A DNA stretch of 64,000 nt from an uncultured Armatimonadetes bacterium (GCA_963699265.1 OY969427.1:3784006-3848005), one strand, 5' to 3'; positions 32,425-44,358 are shown, counted from the first letter of the stretch. The notes: a model not told the origin generated them from the sequence alone. Program-made: numbers and translations.

Positions 32425-33759
32425 ATGGCGCAACTCGCTGAAAGCTCCGACACCGACATCGCCGACGTAGCCCTCCCAAAAAACGAGCATATCAAAGGGC
32501 CAGCGCTCGTCATCGGTACGCTTGGCGCGGCCCTTACCGCTCTACTTGTAACTCAAGCCGAAGTCGTGCTATCGACAATCCACATCGGTTACCTGCAATT
32601 TCCTCCGGCGTCGCTCGGCTTTTTGCTACTTATCGTCGCCATAAACCGCATCGTTAAGCTGCTGCGGGCGCGATGGGCGCTTGATTCCTCCGATATACTT
32701 GTCATTTACTGCATGTCGCTTGTCGCAGCAATGGTGTCGTCGCACGGCGTCGTCCAAAAGCTGGTGCCACTGCTGGTCATGCCGCGCTATTTCGCAAACA
32801 GCGCCAACGATTGGCACGGAAAACTAGATACAAATATCCAGCACGGGATGGTAGCGTATGATCCAAGCGATCCGCACCGGCAACATATAGTAGACAGCTA
32901 CTACCAAAAACTCGGCCATGGCGAGCTGGTGCCGTGGATGTCGTGGATCGCGCCGATCCTTAACTGGGGGCTACTGATCGCGTTCGTCCTGATCGCGTTC
33001 CTCTGTCTTACTGCGCTCCTGAGGAGGCAATGGGTCGATAACGAAAAACTCGCATTTCCACTCGCACAATTGCCGCTGGAAATCGCCGCCGACGAAACTA
33101 CCGGCCAGTTTTTCCGAAACGGATTCTTGTGGCTTGGCGTGGGAATTCCGACAGTGGTCTACGCCGTGAAAGCCGCTCACATGATTTGGCCGGCCGTGCC
33201 CGACATTAAGTTGATTTACCAGTTGACCGACTACGTCAACACCATGCCCTGGAGCGCCGCCGCCAACTGGTTCTACTTCATCATTTCATTTGCTGCCATC
33301 GGCTTCTTTTTTCTGCTGCCCACGGATGTGCTGTTTTCGTTGTGGTTCTTTTTCATCCTGTCACGCGTGGAGCTGGTGGTCTTGCTTGAGCACGATATCG
33401 CCGTTCCCTACATGTCGATGTATCCGCTGCCGATCTTCGTTGCCTTTCAGACCGTGGGTGCCTACTTTACGCTGGTGGGCTATTTTCTGTGGATTGCGCG
33501 CGGTCATCTCAAGCGGATTTGGGGCAACGTCACAGGCCAAGACATTGTTGACGACTCCAACGAGCTGCTCCCCTACCGCACGGCGTTCTTTGGGCTGTTC
33601 GGGAGCATTGTTCTGGCTACTATGTGGCTGTGGCATTTGGGCTTGTCACCCGCACTCGCGATTTTCGAGCTGGTAATGCTGATTTTCGTCGTTGCCGTTG
33701 TCCTGACGCGAGCGACCGCAGAGACCGGACTGCTCATGACCCCAGGTGCGGCTAAGTAG
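32425..33759 (+). CDS. polytopic membrane protein, apparently 3'-truncated at a rearrangement junction
   Basis: 444-aa ORF with at least 10 hydrophobic segments. Its last 5 codons (PGAAK-stop) are antisense sequence of the giant-protein copy 3, so the native C-terminus is probably missing. Confidence 0.6.
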   Translation: MAQLAESSDTDIADVALPKNEHIKGPALVIGTLGAALTALLVTQAEVVLSTIHIGYLQFPPASLGFLLLIVAINRIVKLLRARWALDSSDILVIYCMSLVAAMVSSHGVVQKLVPLLVMPRYFANSANDWHGKLDTNIQHGMVAYDPSDPHRQHIVDSYYQKLGHGELVPWMSWIAPILNWGLLIAFVLIAFLCLTALLRRQWVDNEKLAFPLAQLPLEIAADETTGQFFRNGFLWLGVGIPTVVYAVKAAHMIWPAVPDIKLIYQLTDYVNTMPWSAAANWFYFIISFAAIGFFFLLPTDVLFSLWFFFILSRVELVVLLEHDIAVPYMSMYPLPIFVAFQTVGAYFTLVGYFLWIARGHLKRIWGNVTGQDIVDDSNELLPYRTAFFGLFGSIVLATMWLWHLGLSPALAIFELVMLIFVVAVVLTRATAETGLLMTPGAAK

Positions 33760-35483
33760 ACGTTTTTGCCGTCGGTCACCGCTGCTTGCGGCGCGGCCTC
33801 GTCGCTAAGCCAGTCGCCGGTGCCGTCGGCGTTGGGCCACGGCGGCGTGCCGGGGTTGTCGATGGAGATCACGGGCTTGGTCTCAATTGGGGGATGGTAC
33901 AAACCTTTCAGAACATAGTTGCCGGGGCTGACGGGATTGCCGAACTGATCGATACCGTCCCAGTAATCGGTATTTCGTCCGGCTCGTCTATGGGAGTCTT
34001 TGACCAACGTGCGAATGAGATGGCCCTGCGTGTCGAACACGGCCACCGTAACGTTTGCCTCCTTCGGCAGATTATATGGGCACGCGATGCCCCCGCCAAC
34101 GGCAAGTGTTGGCTCCGCAAACGCGGTGAACTCACGATCGAGTCCGGCCCACCAAACCTGAAAAGTTGCTTTCCATGTATCGCCAGCGTTCGGCGCTCAG
34201 CCCGGCGGCAGCTCTTTCCATGGGATCGCGATGACCTGCGTATAGCCGGTGCCATCTCGATCAGTTGCGAATGCCTCCTGCGCGCCTTGCGCGAGTAGCG
34301 ACGGACTCTTGGCGTCTTGGCCGTCCTCGGTCAATGCGGCCTTTTTGTTGACCGAGTCGTACCACGCGCAAAGGTTGACGGTCTGCTTGCCATCGTTGAA
34401 CCGGATCTGCAGGCAGTCGCCCCCCGCGTACCCAGCTTTGGTCGCTTCAGCCATCTTGTTCAAAGGCCCGCCCAATGCCTTGGCGTGCATCCCAACATAG
34501 AGGACGTTGGAATCGTATGCCGTCCCAATTTTCGCGCTGTAACGATCGCCTAAAAAACCAGGTGCAAAGGCAGCGGTCTGAAACTGCGATGACTCCCATC
34601 CGGCAAGGCTACCCGTAACCGGCAGCGGCGCACTTACTTTCGAGACGTAAGTCTCTGTCGCGCCAGTCCTGAGAGCGCTGAATCGAGTCGCGTTTGTGTG
34701 CGGACCATCCGAAAAAATGAGCGAGCCCCAGTCGGCCGGGTTGCCGAGCGATGGCTCGCGCGTGAACAGCGCTTTCGGTGACGTGAGGAAACAGTCCGTC
34801 AAAAGGGTGTTGTCGTGCCGCACCTGCGTGGGAAGCTGCCGCATGAACGATGCTGTCAGACTGGGCCACTGCATGTCGATTGCGAGCGCAAGACTTGTGG
34901 TAGGCTGAGAGGATGCCGTCAAGACTGTCCAAGGGATTCGGATCTCCTGGCTGGTGGTGCCGTCGGGATGGTGAACGCTGGCCGACTTAGCACCATACGT
35001 GCCGATGCTGCGCCACGGGGAGTCGGCGGACATTTTAGCCAGAACATTTGGCACCCATCCAGAGAACGATGGCGCGATCTGAATATGCACCATCCGATCA
35101 GTCTGGATAGAAAGCTGGAGCTCTCCCGACTGCGCTATACGCGGCAGTCCCGTCCAGACGATGCCAAAATAGAGCGCCCTTTGATCGTAAGCGGCTTGGA
35201 CAGTGGCGCTGTATGAGTGGCTGCGCAACTGCGCCATGGCGGGCGTCTGATCCTTCGCGAGGCCAGGATCTAGCGGTGTAAAGACGACAGGGTGCAAATC
35301 CGGCCAGTCGGAAAGGTGGCCGTCAATAACGAGCGGAGTTCGGACCTCTGGGATTGATGTCAGCGCGATGCCATGAACGCCGCCAGCATGAGCAGTTTCA
35401 CACAGCGCAAATGCAAAAACGCATGATAGAGCAGCGCAAACCATGAGACGGCATCGGTCAAGAGTTTGAGTCATTAGATTCAC
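33746..35483 (-). pseudogene. giant CBM9-like/FlgD-Ig protein, copy 3: N-terminal ~580 codons only, with an in-frame TGA at 34199..34197
   Basis: ORFs 34197..35483 and 33573..34046 are in one frame. My translation across the gap reads LPPG-stop-APNAGDTWKATFQVWWAGL, colinear with copies 1 and 2. Homology ends after YLAAPG at about 33746. GTG start at 35483. Confidence 0.75.
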
Positions 35484-35603
35484 ATTTCAGGTGGAAAGGG
35501 CGTTATCGGATCGTTACTGCGGCAGCAGGTCACAAGAAACAGCCGGATAAGGCCGCTTGCACCGGCACAAGAGTATTTTGGCTAAGCAGGCATGCTCCAC
35601 CTG

Positions 35604-35656
35604 TTGACATTTTAATTGAACAATCGTATCATGTCTGTAGTCAACATACTTGCACA
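35604..35656 (+). promoter_or_regulatory. near-consensus sigma70 promoter plus TTGCACA box upstream of giant copy 2
   Basis: TTGACA (35604-35609), 17-nt spacer, TATCAT (35627-35632), TTGCACA at 35650-35656. About 190 nt of leader precedes the ATG at 35821. Confidence 0.6.
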
Positions 35657-35820
35657 CAGTGTATCATTTTGTGCCAATCAACGCAATACGCCAGTATTTG
35701 AATCTCACAGCCACGGGCGATAAGGAATGAAAGAGCATTTCACAGGTTGCTCGTTGTAGTAGCAACTATCGCTGCACTAGAATCCATCTAGTACAAACCT
35801 TTCACCGAAAAAGACAACTC

Positions 35821-38800
35821 ATGAACAAAAATGTCATTTCCCGTTTGAACAGCCTCCCTTTAGGGATTGCACTGCTGATGCTCGCGCTCGCTTCGTTGGC
35901 TGCCAACGCAGGCGGGATTCGCACCATTCCGCTAACGTCAATTCCCTACGCTCGTGCGCCGATTACGATCGACGGCGACACGTCGGACTGGCCCGAGACG
36001 CGTCCCGTTATGTACATTCCGATTGATCCTGCGATGATCAAATCGGATTCACCAGGGCTCGCGCACCTGCGCGAGAGCGGCGACTCGGCGGATGTGCAAA
36101 TGGCGTATGATTCAAAAGCGCTTTACATTGCTTTAACCTGGAAAGGGCTTGAATCGCTTTCCCATGCCAGCGTCGTCGATTTCAATATCAACACCGACCG
36201 CATCGCGCACATTCGGATTACGACAAATGCCGGCGCAACCGGCGGCATCTTTGAGTCGCGCCTGAGCGAGCAGGATAGCTGGCGCACCCTTCCTGTCGGC
36301 GCCGCGAAAAGCGTGCTCAAAACGTACAAAGATGGTGGCGCAACACAAGAAATCCGCATACCGTGGACCTATTTGACCGCATCGCTAACTGCGCCAACGA
36401 CCTTGACGTTGGTGGCCGACCTGCAGTGGCCGGACCTGACGGCCGATGTGCTCAGCGACCTGCCCACGCAGGCTCGGCACGACAACACGCACCTGACCGA
36501 CTGCTTTTTGACTGCCCCCTCCCAGCTGTTTACGCGTGGTGGCTATCTGCCCAATCCAAACGACTGGGGTGCGCTCCACTTTGTCGACCAGCCCCACGAC
36601 AATACGACCCAGATGTCGCCTGAAGCGTCCGGCGCGACAGAATTGTACGTTCCGAAAGCAGCAGCGCCGGTGGCAGTCGATGGCCGACTTTCCGAGTGGA
36701 ATCCAGTGCAGTTTCAAACCATCGCCGCGCTTCCAGGCTATCTCGGAAATCGGTACAGCGCCAAAATCGCCGCGTCCTACGATGCGTTCTATCTGTATCT
36801 CGCGGCGCATGTCAAGTCTGTAGACGGCCCGTTCAACACCCAGCCCGAAGCGACCCAGGCTGGTTTTGCAGGCGGCGACTGCCTCCAGATTCGTCTGAAC
36901 GATGGCAAGCACACGGTAAATCTTTGCGGCTGGTACGATTCTGTCAACAAGAAGCCCGCCTTAACTGCTGACGGCATCGACCTGAGCAAACCATACCTGT
37001 TGGATCAGGGCGCGAAAGAGACGTTTGTTCGCGACCCTGACAGCCAGGGCTACACACAAGAAATAGCGATCCCTTGGAGTCTGCTGCCAAATGGATCCGC
37101 GCCAAATCCAGGAGATAGCTGGAAAGGTTCATTCCAGATCTGGTGGGCGGGGCTAAATCCACAGTTCACAGTGATGGCAAGCGCGAGTCTGGCGTCGAGC
37201 GGCGGCATCGCGTATTCCTACCACCTGCCAAATGAAGCGGATGTCACGGTCGGCGTTTTCGATCAGCAGGGGCATTTAATACGCGCCCTGGCTAAAGATG
37301 TTCATCGACGCGCTGGCCTAAATACGGAGTTTTGGGATGGACGGGATCAGTACGGCGCGTTCGTTTCGCCAGGCACCTACCAAATCAAAGGCATCTATCA
37401 CCCTCCGATATATGCGCAGCCATTGATCAGCATAGGAAATCCCGGCACGCCGCCTTGGCCCACCGCTGACGGTACCGGCGACTGGTTGAGCGACGAGATG
37501 ACTCCGCAGGGTGTCGCGACCGACGGAACAAACGTCTATCTCGCCACTCCCGGTTCCGAGAAAGGCAGCGCGATCATAAAAGTAGGCCCAGATGGCAAGC
37601 GGATGTGGGGCTTCGGCGAGGGATTCAGCTATCCCCGAAGCGTTGCTCTGGCACTTCACGGCCAATACCTCTATGCGCTCTTTTCGGGGCCGGAGTTTGT
37701 CAAGGCTACGGACGGCTCGAATAAGGATGTCCCGGTTGAGCAGGCATTCATGATCTGCCTCGACACTACCACTGGCGCACCTGCTCAATTTAGCTCCCAA
37801 AAACCTGATCTGACCATCGCGACCTGGCCCTTCGTCGATAAGATGGCTGGACTCTGGGATCTGCGAGTCAACAAGACGTTCTCGCCCGCCACATACGGCG
37901 GACAGCCCCGCTACGCCACGGACGATCTTGGGGAACCAACAGACGCCGTCGGAGTCGCCGCTTCCGGAGACCGGCTTTATGTCTCAATGATGAGCGAAAA
38001 CCAAATACTCGTGCTCGACGCCGCGACTGGAAAGCAGGTTGACACTCTCACGGTGCCTCAGCCAGTGGGCCTTCATGCGCTGGCTGACGGTAAGGTGCTT
38101 GCGGTCAGCGAGGGCAAGGTGGTCAGCATTGACCCGACCGCGAAAAATTACACGGTTGTGATTAATCACGATCTAGTAGCGCCAGCGCACCTTACGACCG
38201 ACACGGCTGGCAATATCTATGTTAGCGACTGGGGCACGTCGTTTCAGGTCAAGGAGTTTTCGCCGCAGGGCACCCTCATTCGCGCCATTGGAAAGCCAGG
38301 CGGCAGACCGTGGATCGGCAAGTGGGATCCCAGCGGCATGCTGGTGCCGCACGGTGTCGCGGTGACCAACGACGGCAAGTTGTGGGTCGCGGAAGACGAT
38401 ACGTCGCCGCCGCGAATTAGCGTTTGGGACACATCGACCGGAAACCTCGTTCGCGATTATCTTGGGCCAACGGCGTATGGCGGCGGCGGCCTTTTCTGGG
38501 CCGATCCGACGGACATCTCGTCAATCTTTGGCCTGAACACCATCTTCCATGTTGACTACGCGCGCAAGACCTGGACGCCTGTCGCTACAGCGTTGCGCCG
38601 AATGAGCCAATTCGAGCCGTTCACGGTCGGCGCCATGACGGGACAGCCATCGCCGCGTATCATCACGCATGATGGCAAGCAGTACTATTTTGAAAGCAAC
38701 GGTTGGTGTGTGACAGTGCTTCGAAAGGATGACGACCTCTTCAAGCCGGTCGCTGCAATGGGCGACCTCTTCTGGCCAAGATCGCACGATGGCACCGACA

Positions 38801-40987
38801 TTGGCATTTTCGACAGCAATCTCGGCACCCATTACATTCAAAACTACTTCCCACCGTTCTTCAAAGGACACTCCAGCCAAAACTTCGTTTGGGTCAACAA
38901 AAACGGCGACGGTGAAGTTCAAGAAGACGAAATGGAGTGGGCTCCAACCGCGGCCTTAGGCCCTGGAAACTCGTATATTCCAGGAACAGTTCCCGGAATG
39001 ACAGACCTACTGGGCTTACGGAGTTGGGGCTGATGGTTCGGTGTATGGGTGCGGGCATGTCGGAGGCAAAACGATAATCGGCAAGTTTCCGATTCAGAGC
39101 TGGTTGCCAAATGGTGTTCCAGTCTATAGTGTCGCGTCTCTAAAACCCGCAGTTGTACGACCGGATTCCGATGGAGGCGAGCAAGCCGTTTACGTTGACA
39201 ACTTCGACCATGTCTATCTTTGCCGAGGCTATGGCTACGAAGGCAACGACAAGGACGGCATCGATGTCTATGACCAGAACAGCAATTGGCTCTGGGGCAT
39301 TGCCGAAACGAAGCAGCAGCAGCCCGACGATATTTTGGCGAACTCCATAATTGGAGAGTTTACAGAGCCTCACGGAGAAGACATTATCGGCAGTTGGCTC
39401 TGGCATGGAAACTTCAAGCCCTACCTCTTTACAAGCGACGGCCTGTATGTCTCCAGCCTGCTTGACGATACGCAGCTAGGCCCGACTGCGACATGGGACG
39501 AATCCTACAAGCGCTATTTCCAAGGCCCAGACGGAACGGCGTACATAGTCAACGGCGGCAAGGACACGTTCCATATCGACAAGATTGTTGGACTTGATCA
39601 ACTGCACCGCTTCACCGGCACGATCACTGTTACGGAAGCAGCATTGCGATCTTCTCAGGCAAGGGCTCAGATTCTGGCCTCAACACCGGCACCACTTCCG
39701 CAGCCGGTAATCCATGTGACCTATGTTAAGAGCGCGCCGAAAATCGACGGCGACCTTTCCGATTGGGACATGCGCGGCGGTGTCGCACTCATCGGCTCTC
39801 GCAACCGGTCGGCACATGTTGCCCTGACTCGCGATGCTGATACGCTATACCTAGCATACGATGTCCACGGCGCAAAGTTTGTCAACAAGGGGACAGACTG
39901 GCGGACGATGTTCATTTCGGGAGACTGCGTCAACCTGATGCTGCATGTGGGCGAGTTCAAGCCTCACTTCGGGCCTGCCGAAGGCGACGAGCGCCTGTTG
40001 TTCAGCATCTATCAGGGCCAGCCTGTTGCCGTTCTGTATCGGCCCGTGGTGCCCGGAACAGCAAACCCAGTTCACCTCATGGCAACCACGATCGATCAGA
40101 TCGTTCGTCTGCCAAGCGCGAAGATTGCCTACCATCGCACTGCTGGCGGTTACACGCTGGAGGCATCGGTGCCGCTCAAGGACATTGGGCTTGGCGGGGG
40201 CGCGGTTGAAACGCTCAAGGGCGATGTCGGTGTGATCTATGCAGACGAGACGGGTTCAGACCGGTCGCTGCGCTTGTACTACTATAACAAACACACGGCG
40301 ATGACCGCCGACCTGACTACCGAGGCGACCCTTCAGCCAGGCGAGTGGGGCGATATCGAGCTTCCGCTGGGAGTCAACCTGCTCAAAAACGGCGACTTTG
40401 AAGACCCGCTGGCGACATCGCCCGATGACGGGTGGGCGATACAGTCGAGCAGGGCTGGCGCGACGGCCGAGATTTCAAGCGACTTTGCGTACACGGGATC
40501 GCATTCGCTTGAGCTCGAGGCGACAGTGCCGAACAGCTATGCGGATGCCGATATCAATCGGCCTGCGTCGGAAAAGGACGAGTTCTTTCGCTCCGTGAAC
40601 GGCGGGAAGGGTGGTGCACGGGTCGAGGTGAGGCAGCGGGTGGTCGTGTCGCCGGGCAAGAGGTATGACCTGCGGCTTCATTACCACGTCGTAGATTATC
40701 CCAACGCAAATGACCATCCCGGAGCGCAGCGTGGATACTGCGCTTTCCAGACATACATCGAGTGGGAAGGCCCCGTGCGCGGGATCCTGGTGAACAATCT
40801 GCTAGGCCCAGTTGGCGGCTGGAACTTGCTGCACGATGATCGCTGGAACAACTACGATGTCAAGGGGCCGTATCTAGCACCGACAGGTGTCGATGCGATG
40901 CTTGTCCATTTAACGCTAGAAGACAATGCAACGCTTGTCACTCCAAAAGTCTATATCGACGATGCGGAGTTGGTGGAAGCGGCCTAA
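35821..40987 (+). pseudogene. giant secreted CBM9-like/FlgD-Ig/NHL-propeller/CBM4_9 protein, copy 2, with one +1 frameshift near 39001 (or assembly indel)
   Basis: ORFs 35821..39033 and 39041..40987. The second frame is open from 39002 and reads QTYWAYGVGADGSVYGCGH, colinear with copy 1 (EWTSGWGFGFGPDGALY). It would encode about 1,721 aa if 1 nt is removed. Confidence 0.75.
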
Positions 40988-41017
40988 TCTCCACCGATTT
41001 TGCGCGGCCAACACCAT

Positions 41018-43168
41018 ATGAAGACCATTCATGTCATCTTGAACGCTCACCTCGATCCGATCTGGCTTTGGCCTTGGCAGGCGGGTTTGGACGAGGCGAT
41101 CGCAACGTGCCGCAGCGCGTGCGATCGCCTTGACCAAAATCCCGACATTATCTTTTCTCGCGGAGAAGCATGGGTCTACGACCAGTTCGAGCGAGTCGAT
41201 CCAAAGCTTTTTGACCGGATTCGGCAGCATATTGAAGCGAAACGTTGGGAAATCGTTGGCGGCTGGTGGATACAGCCCGATTGCAACCTTCCTAGCGAAT
41301 GGGCGATGCGCTGGCAGATCAGGCTGGGTAAGGAGTACTTCGAGAAGAAGTTTGGTGTCTTTCCACGATATGGCTATAACGTCGATTCGTTTGGCCATGC
41401 CGCCGGATTGCCTAAGCTCATGACGGACGCTGGCCAGGACAGCTACATCATGATGCGCCCCGGCCCGTCGGAGATGGCTCTGCCCGCGTCAATCTTTCGA
41501 TGGCGCGGATATTCTGATGGTCCCGAAGTTCTTACCGCCCGCATTCACGGATATCAGACAAACACGGAGGTCTCGCTAGATTACGTGCACCGCTGCGTCT
41601 CCGGCGTTCCTGCCGGTATTGACCATGCGCTATGCTTTGTCGGGATTGGCGACCATGGCGGCGGCCCGACCCAGCAGCAGATCGAGTGGTGCCGACAGCA
41701 TGCTGGTGTTGTCCCAGGCTGGCAGATGCAGTTTTCCTCGCCGGGCCGATTTTTCGATGCCGTCCGAGCGGATATTGACAAGCTGCCTGTCGTCACCGGA
41801 GAGCTGCAGCCCCATGCCGTCGGCTGCTACTCGGTGATTCGGTCTGTAAAGACAGCCGTGCGGCGCGCTGAGCATCTCCTTGCGCAAGCCGAAGTCGTGG
41901 CACGAGCCGAAGACGCCCCAGCGATTGCTGAAGCATGGAAGCGGGTCTGCTTCAACCACTTCCATGACACGTTCGGCGGCACGAGTATCCCCAGTGCGTA
42001 TCCGATTGTCCTTGATCAGATTGGCGCGGCCTCTATGGTCGCAGACGAAATACTGCAGCATGGGCTGCGCCGCAGGATGAATGAGCTTCCTGACAACGAA
42101 CTGCAGCGGGTAGTGCTCTATAATGCTTCGTCAGCTCCATACGCTGGCTACGTTGAATTTGAGCCATGGGTGGATTGGTGGCAGCCCTGGCTACCGGATT
42201 GCGTCTTGCTCGATTCGAGCGGCAACCGGGTTCCATTCCAAGTAATCGAATCCGAAGCATTTGCCCGGTTCGGAACAAACGGCGGCTTCACACGCCTGCT
42301 TTTCCATAGCTCGCTCGGGCCTAATGAACTGAACGCGCTTCGCATTCAGCGCAACTGCGGAGATGTGACTTTTCAGCCCAGTGTATTCGCGGCAGAGGGA
42401 AAAATCAGCAACGACGCTGGCATTGCGGTCTCCCGGGATGGCCCACAGGCCATGGATGGCGCAGCTTGGCCGACCTTCGAACTCCATCTCAATGACGACC
42501 GCAGCGATACTTGGAGTCACGGCGTCATCGGCTTTTCGGACGAAATCGTCAGCAAGGCAAGTTGGACAGAACCAGTCATCGTTGACAGCGGACCTATAAT
42601 GGCGTCGCTCGTGGCTGACGGCACGATTGGGGACAGCGAGCTGCGCTCGGAGTGGCGAGTTTATGCGGGCGAGCCATATGCCGAATGGATTTTGAACGTG
42701 AATTTTCGCGAGAAGCATAAAATGCTTAAGCTCGCGATCAGGTCGAACGGGGGATTCGAAGAAGATCGCATCGATGGCGTCATGGGAGGTGCACTAGTGA
42801 GACCGAACAGCGGCGCGGAGCGCCCATTACGAGACTGGACGCTCATCAGGCAGCTAAGCGGGCCAAGTCTTGGGATTGTCGCGCCGGACGTTTACGGCAT
42901 CGACGGTTCGCCCGACCGAGTCCGCCTAACCCTCCTTCGAAGTCCCGCAATGGCGCATCATGAGCCTGTTGACATCGCGTCGGCAATACGAGCGGTCATC
43001 GCCGACCGAGGCACGCACACGTTTCGGTTCCGGTATTATTGTGGGAATGAGATCACAGAGCAGACTTTGGAGCCATCCGCGTTCTCCATGCAACGCCCGC
43101 CGGTCATTGCTGATTTGACGAGAGGGATGCCGCTGGAGTTTCGGTCCAACGTCAATCGGTCAGTCTAG
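41018..43168 (+). CDS. GH38 alpha-mannosidase-like, copy 2 (intact)
   Basis: Motifs HLDPIWLWPW and GIGDHGGGPT. I prefer the ATG at 41018 (MKTIHVILNAH) within track ORF 41000..43168. Confidence 0.85.
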   Translation: MKTIHVILNAHLDPIWLWPWQAGLDEAIATCRSACDRLDQNPDIIFSRGEAWVYDQFERVDPKLFDRIRQHIEAKRWEIVGGWWIQPDCNLPSEWAMRWQIRLGKEYFEKKFGVFPRYGYNVDSFGHAAGLPKLMTDAGQDSYIMMRPGPSEMALPASIFRWRGYSDGPEVLTARIHGYQTNTEVSLDYVHRCVSGVPAGIDHALCFVGIGDHGGGPTQQQIEWCRQHAGVVPGWQMQFSSPGRFFDAVRADIDKLPVVTGELQPHAVGCYSVIRSVKTAVRRAEHLLAQAEVVARAEDAPAIAEAWKRVCFNHFHDTFGGTSIPSAYPIVLDQIGAASMVADEILQHGLRRRMNELPDNELQRVVLYNASSAPYAGYVEFEPWVDWWQPWLPDCVLLDSSGNRVPFQVIESEAFARFGTNGGFTRLLFHSSLGPNELNALRIQRNCGDVTFQPSVFAAEGKISNDAGIAVSRDGPQAMDGAAWPTFELHLNDDRSDTWSHGVIGFSDEIVSKASWTEPVIVDSGPIMASLVADGTIGDSELRSEWRVYAGEPYAEWILNVNFREKHKMLKLAIRSNGGFEEDRIDGVMGGALVRPNSGAERPLRDWTLIRQLSGPSLGIVAPDVYGIDGSPDRVRLTLLRSPAMAHHEPVDIASAIRAVIADRGTHTFRFRYYCGNEITEQTLEPSAFSMQRPPVIADLTRGMPLEFRSNVNRSV

Positions 43169-43219
43169 TACCAGTGATAAACATGCCGCGGGGACTTTGA
43201 ACGTGTACAGGAACGAAAT

Positions 43220-43252
43220 GGCCGCGATCCTCTCTAATTGAGGATCGCGGCC
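43220..43252. terminator. bidirectional hairpin terminator (GGCCGCGA family)
   Basis: 13-bp perfect stem GGCCGCGATCCTC / GAGGATCGCGGCC with a 7-nt loop. It lies between the convergent GH38 and pilin-like genes. Confidence 0.65.
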
Positions 43253-43282
43253 GTATTGTCTTTAGCCCGTAAGCTGTCTCGA

Positions 43283-44131
43283 TTAGGTGGGACTGAACGT
43301 CAACGTCGCCGAGCTTTGGACCGCGCAAGGCGCGGATCCTACGTTCGCAGGCGGGGTTGCGCTGTCCATACATGCCGTTCCGGAGGCAAATGTCTGTCCT
43401 CCGCCGCCGTTGCCGTAGATCTGCTCGGCGCCGGGAGTGGCCGCACTGAACCCTGGCGAAATCTTCACGGGCAAAAGATACTTCACGTGGCCATCGCAGG
43501 CTAGATAGTTGGCGCCGCCGTTGTGCACAGTTCCCGGCTTGATCAGTTTGAGTGTCTCAGCCGCGGGGTTGCCAGTCGCGTACAATCCCTGGTCATTGCC
43601 TGGTTGGCCACCGTAGAATCTTTGATCCATCGTGGAAAGAGGCGAATTGTCGGCACCCCAAGATGCCGCAGGTAAGGCCTGGTTGTAGGCTCCCTGAATC
43701 TCGCACAATAGGACTGTCGATGCCGGCGCGTTCAGCTTCGCAATCGCCAGACCGCTTCCAATGGCGTTCATCGTATTCGTCGTGTTATTCTGCGCATACG
43801 CAAGGTTCCAATTCATTGTATACGAAATCTCCGCATTGGTCCCCGAAGGAGTGAGCGGGTCGTCCGGACACTCAAAAACACCAACAGCCTTAACGTATGG
43901 GTATATTTGAGTCGCCCACCCGACGCTGGCACCGTCGTTTATGCTGTAGTGTTCGTCGTTGTCCTGGTTATATTGAACAAAGGCTAGGCCGAGTTGTTTC
44001 AGGTTGCTGGCGCAGGATGTCTGCCTTGCCTTTTCTCTCGCCGACGCGAACACCGGGAACAAAATCGCCGCAAGAATGGCGATGATGGCTATAACCACAA
44101 GCAGCTCAATCAGCGTAAATCCTCGTTTCAT
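43283..44131 (-). CDS. prepilin-type N-terminal cleavage/methylation domain protein, DUF1559-like, type B
   Basis: [40 protein letters not shown], and an H-X9-DG-like [17 protein letters not shown]. The ATG at 44131 is preceded by GGAGA. Confidence 0.85.
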   Translation of the reverse strand: MKRGFTLIELLVVIAIIAILAAILFPVFASAREKARQTSCASNLKQLGLAFVQYNQDNDEHYSINDGASVGWATQIYPYVKAVGVFECPDDPLTPSGTNAEISYTMNWNLAYAQNNTTNTMNAIGSGLAIAKLNAPASTVLLCEIQGAYNQALPAASWGADNSPLSTMDQRFYGGQPGNDQGLYATGNPAAETLKLIKPGTVHNGGANYLACDGHVKYLLPVKISPGFSAATPGAEQIYGNGGGGQTFASGTACMDSATPPANVGSAPCAVQSSATLTFSPT

Positions 44132-44197
44132 CGTAATCTCCAAGTCAAGAGTAAATTAGTACGATCGGGCTGCAAGTCTTAGCTCGATTCCATCATT

Positions 44198-44261
44198 ATC
44201 CTAGCAGAATATCGTGGTCTTGTCAAGCATAATGGTACAGTATGTAAAAATCTATTGCACA
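44198..44261 (-). promoter_or_regulatory. sigma70 promoter plus conserved upstream two-box element
   Basis: Read on the reverse strand: TGTGCAA (44261-44255), 16 nt, TGTACC (44239-44234), then TTGACA (44226-44221), 17-nt spacer, TAGGAT (44203-44198). Confidence 0.6.
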
Positions 44262-44358
44262 GCGGATTCATGGGCTGAATCCCGAATCCGTGCTGCCAGT
44301 GAACTAGTCTCTGCAAGAAGCACTTTCTTCAAGTTGGCAGCAGTTGCGATCGCAAATA

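Noticed and set aside
26625-34199. Selenocysteine or genetic-code reassignment for the two in-frame TGA codons
   Set aside because: The paralogs have Ser/Ala or unrelated residues at these positions, not Cys. I saw no obvious stem-loop immediately downstream. TGA also terminates several well-defined genes in the window.
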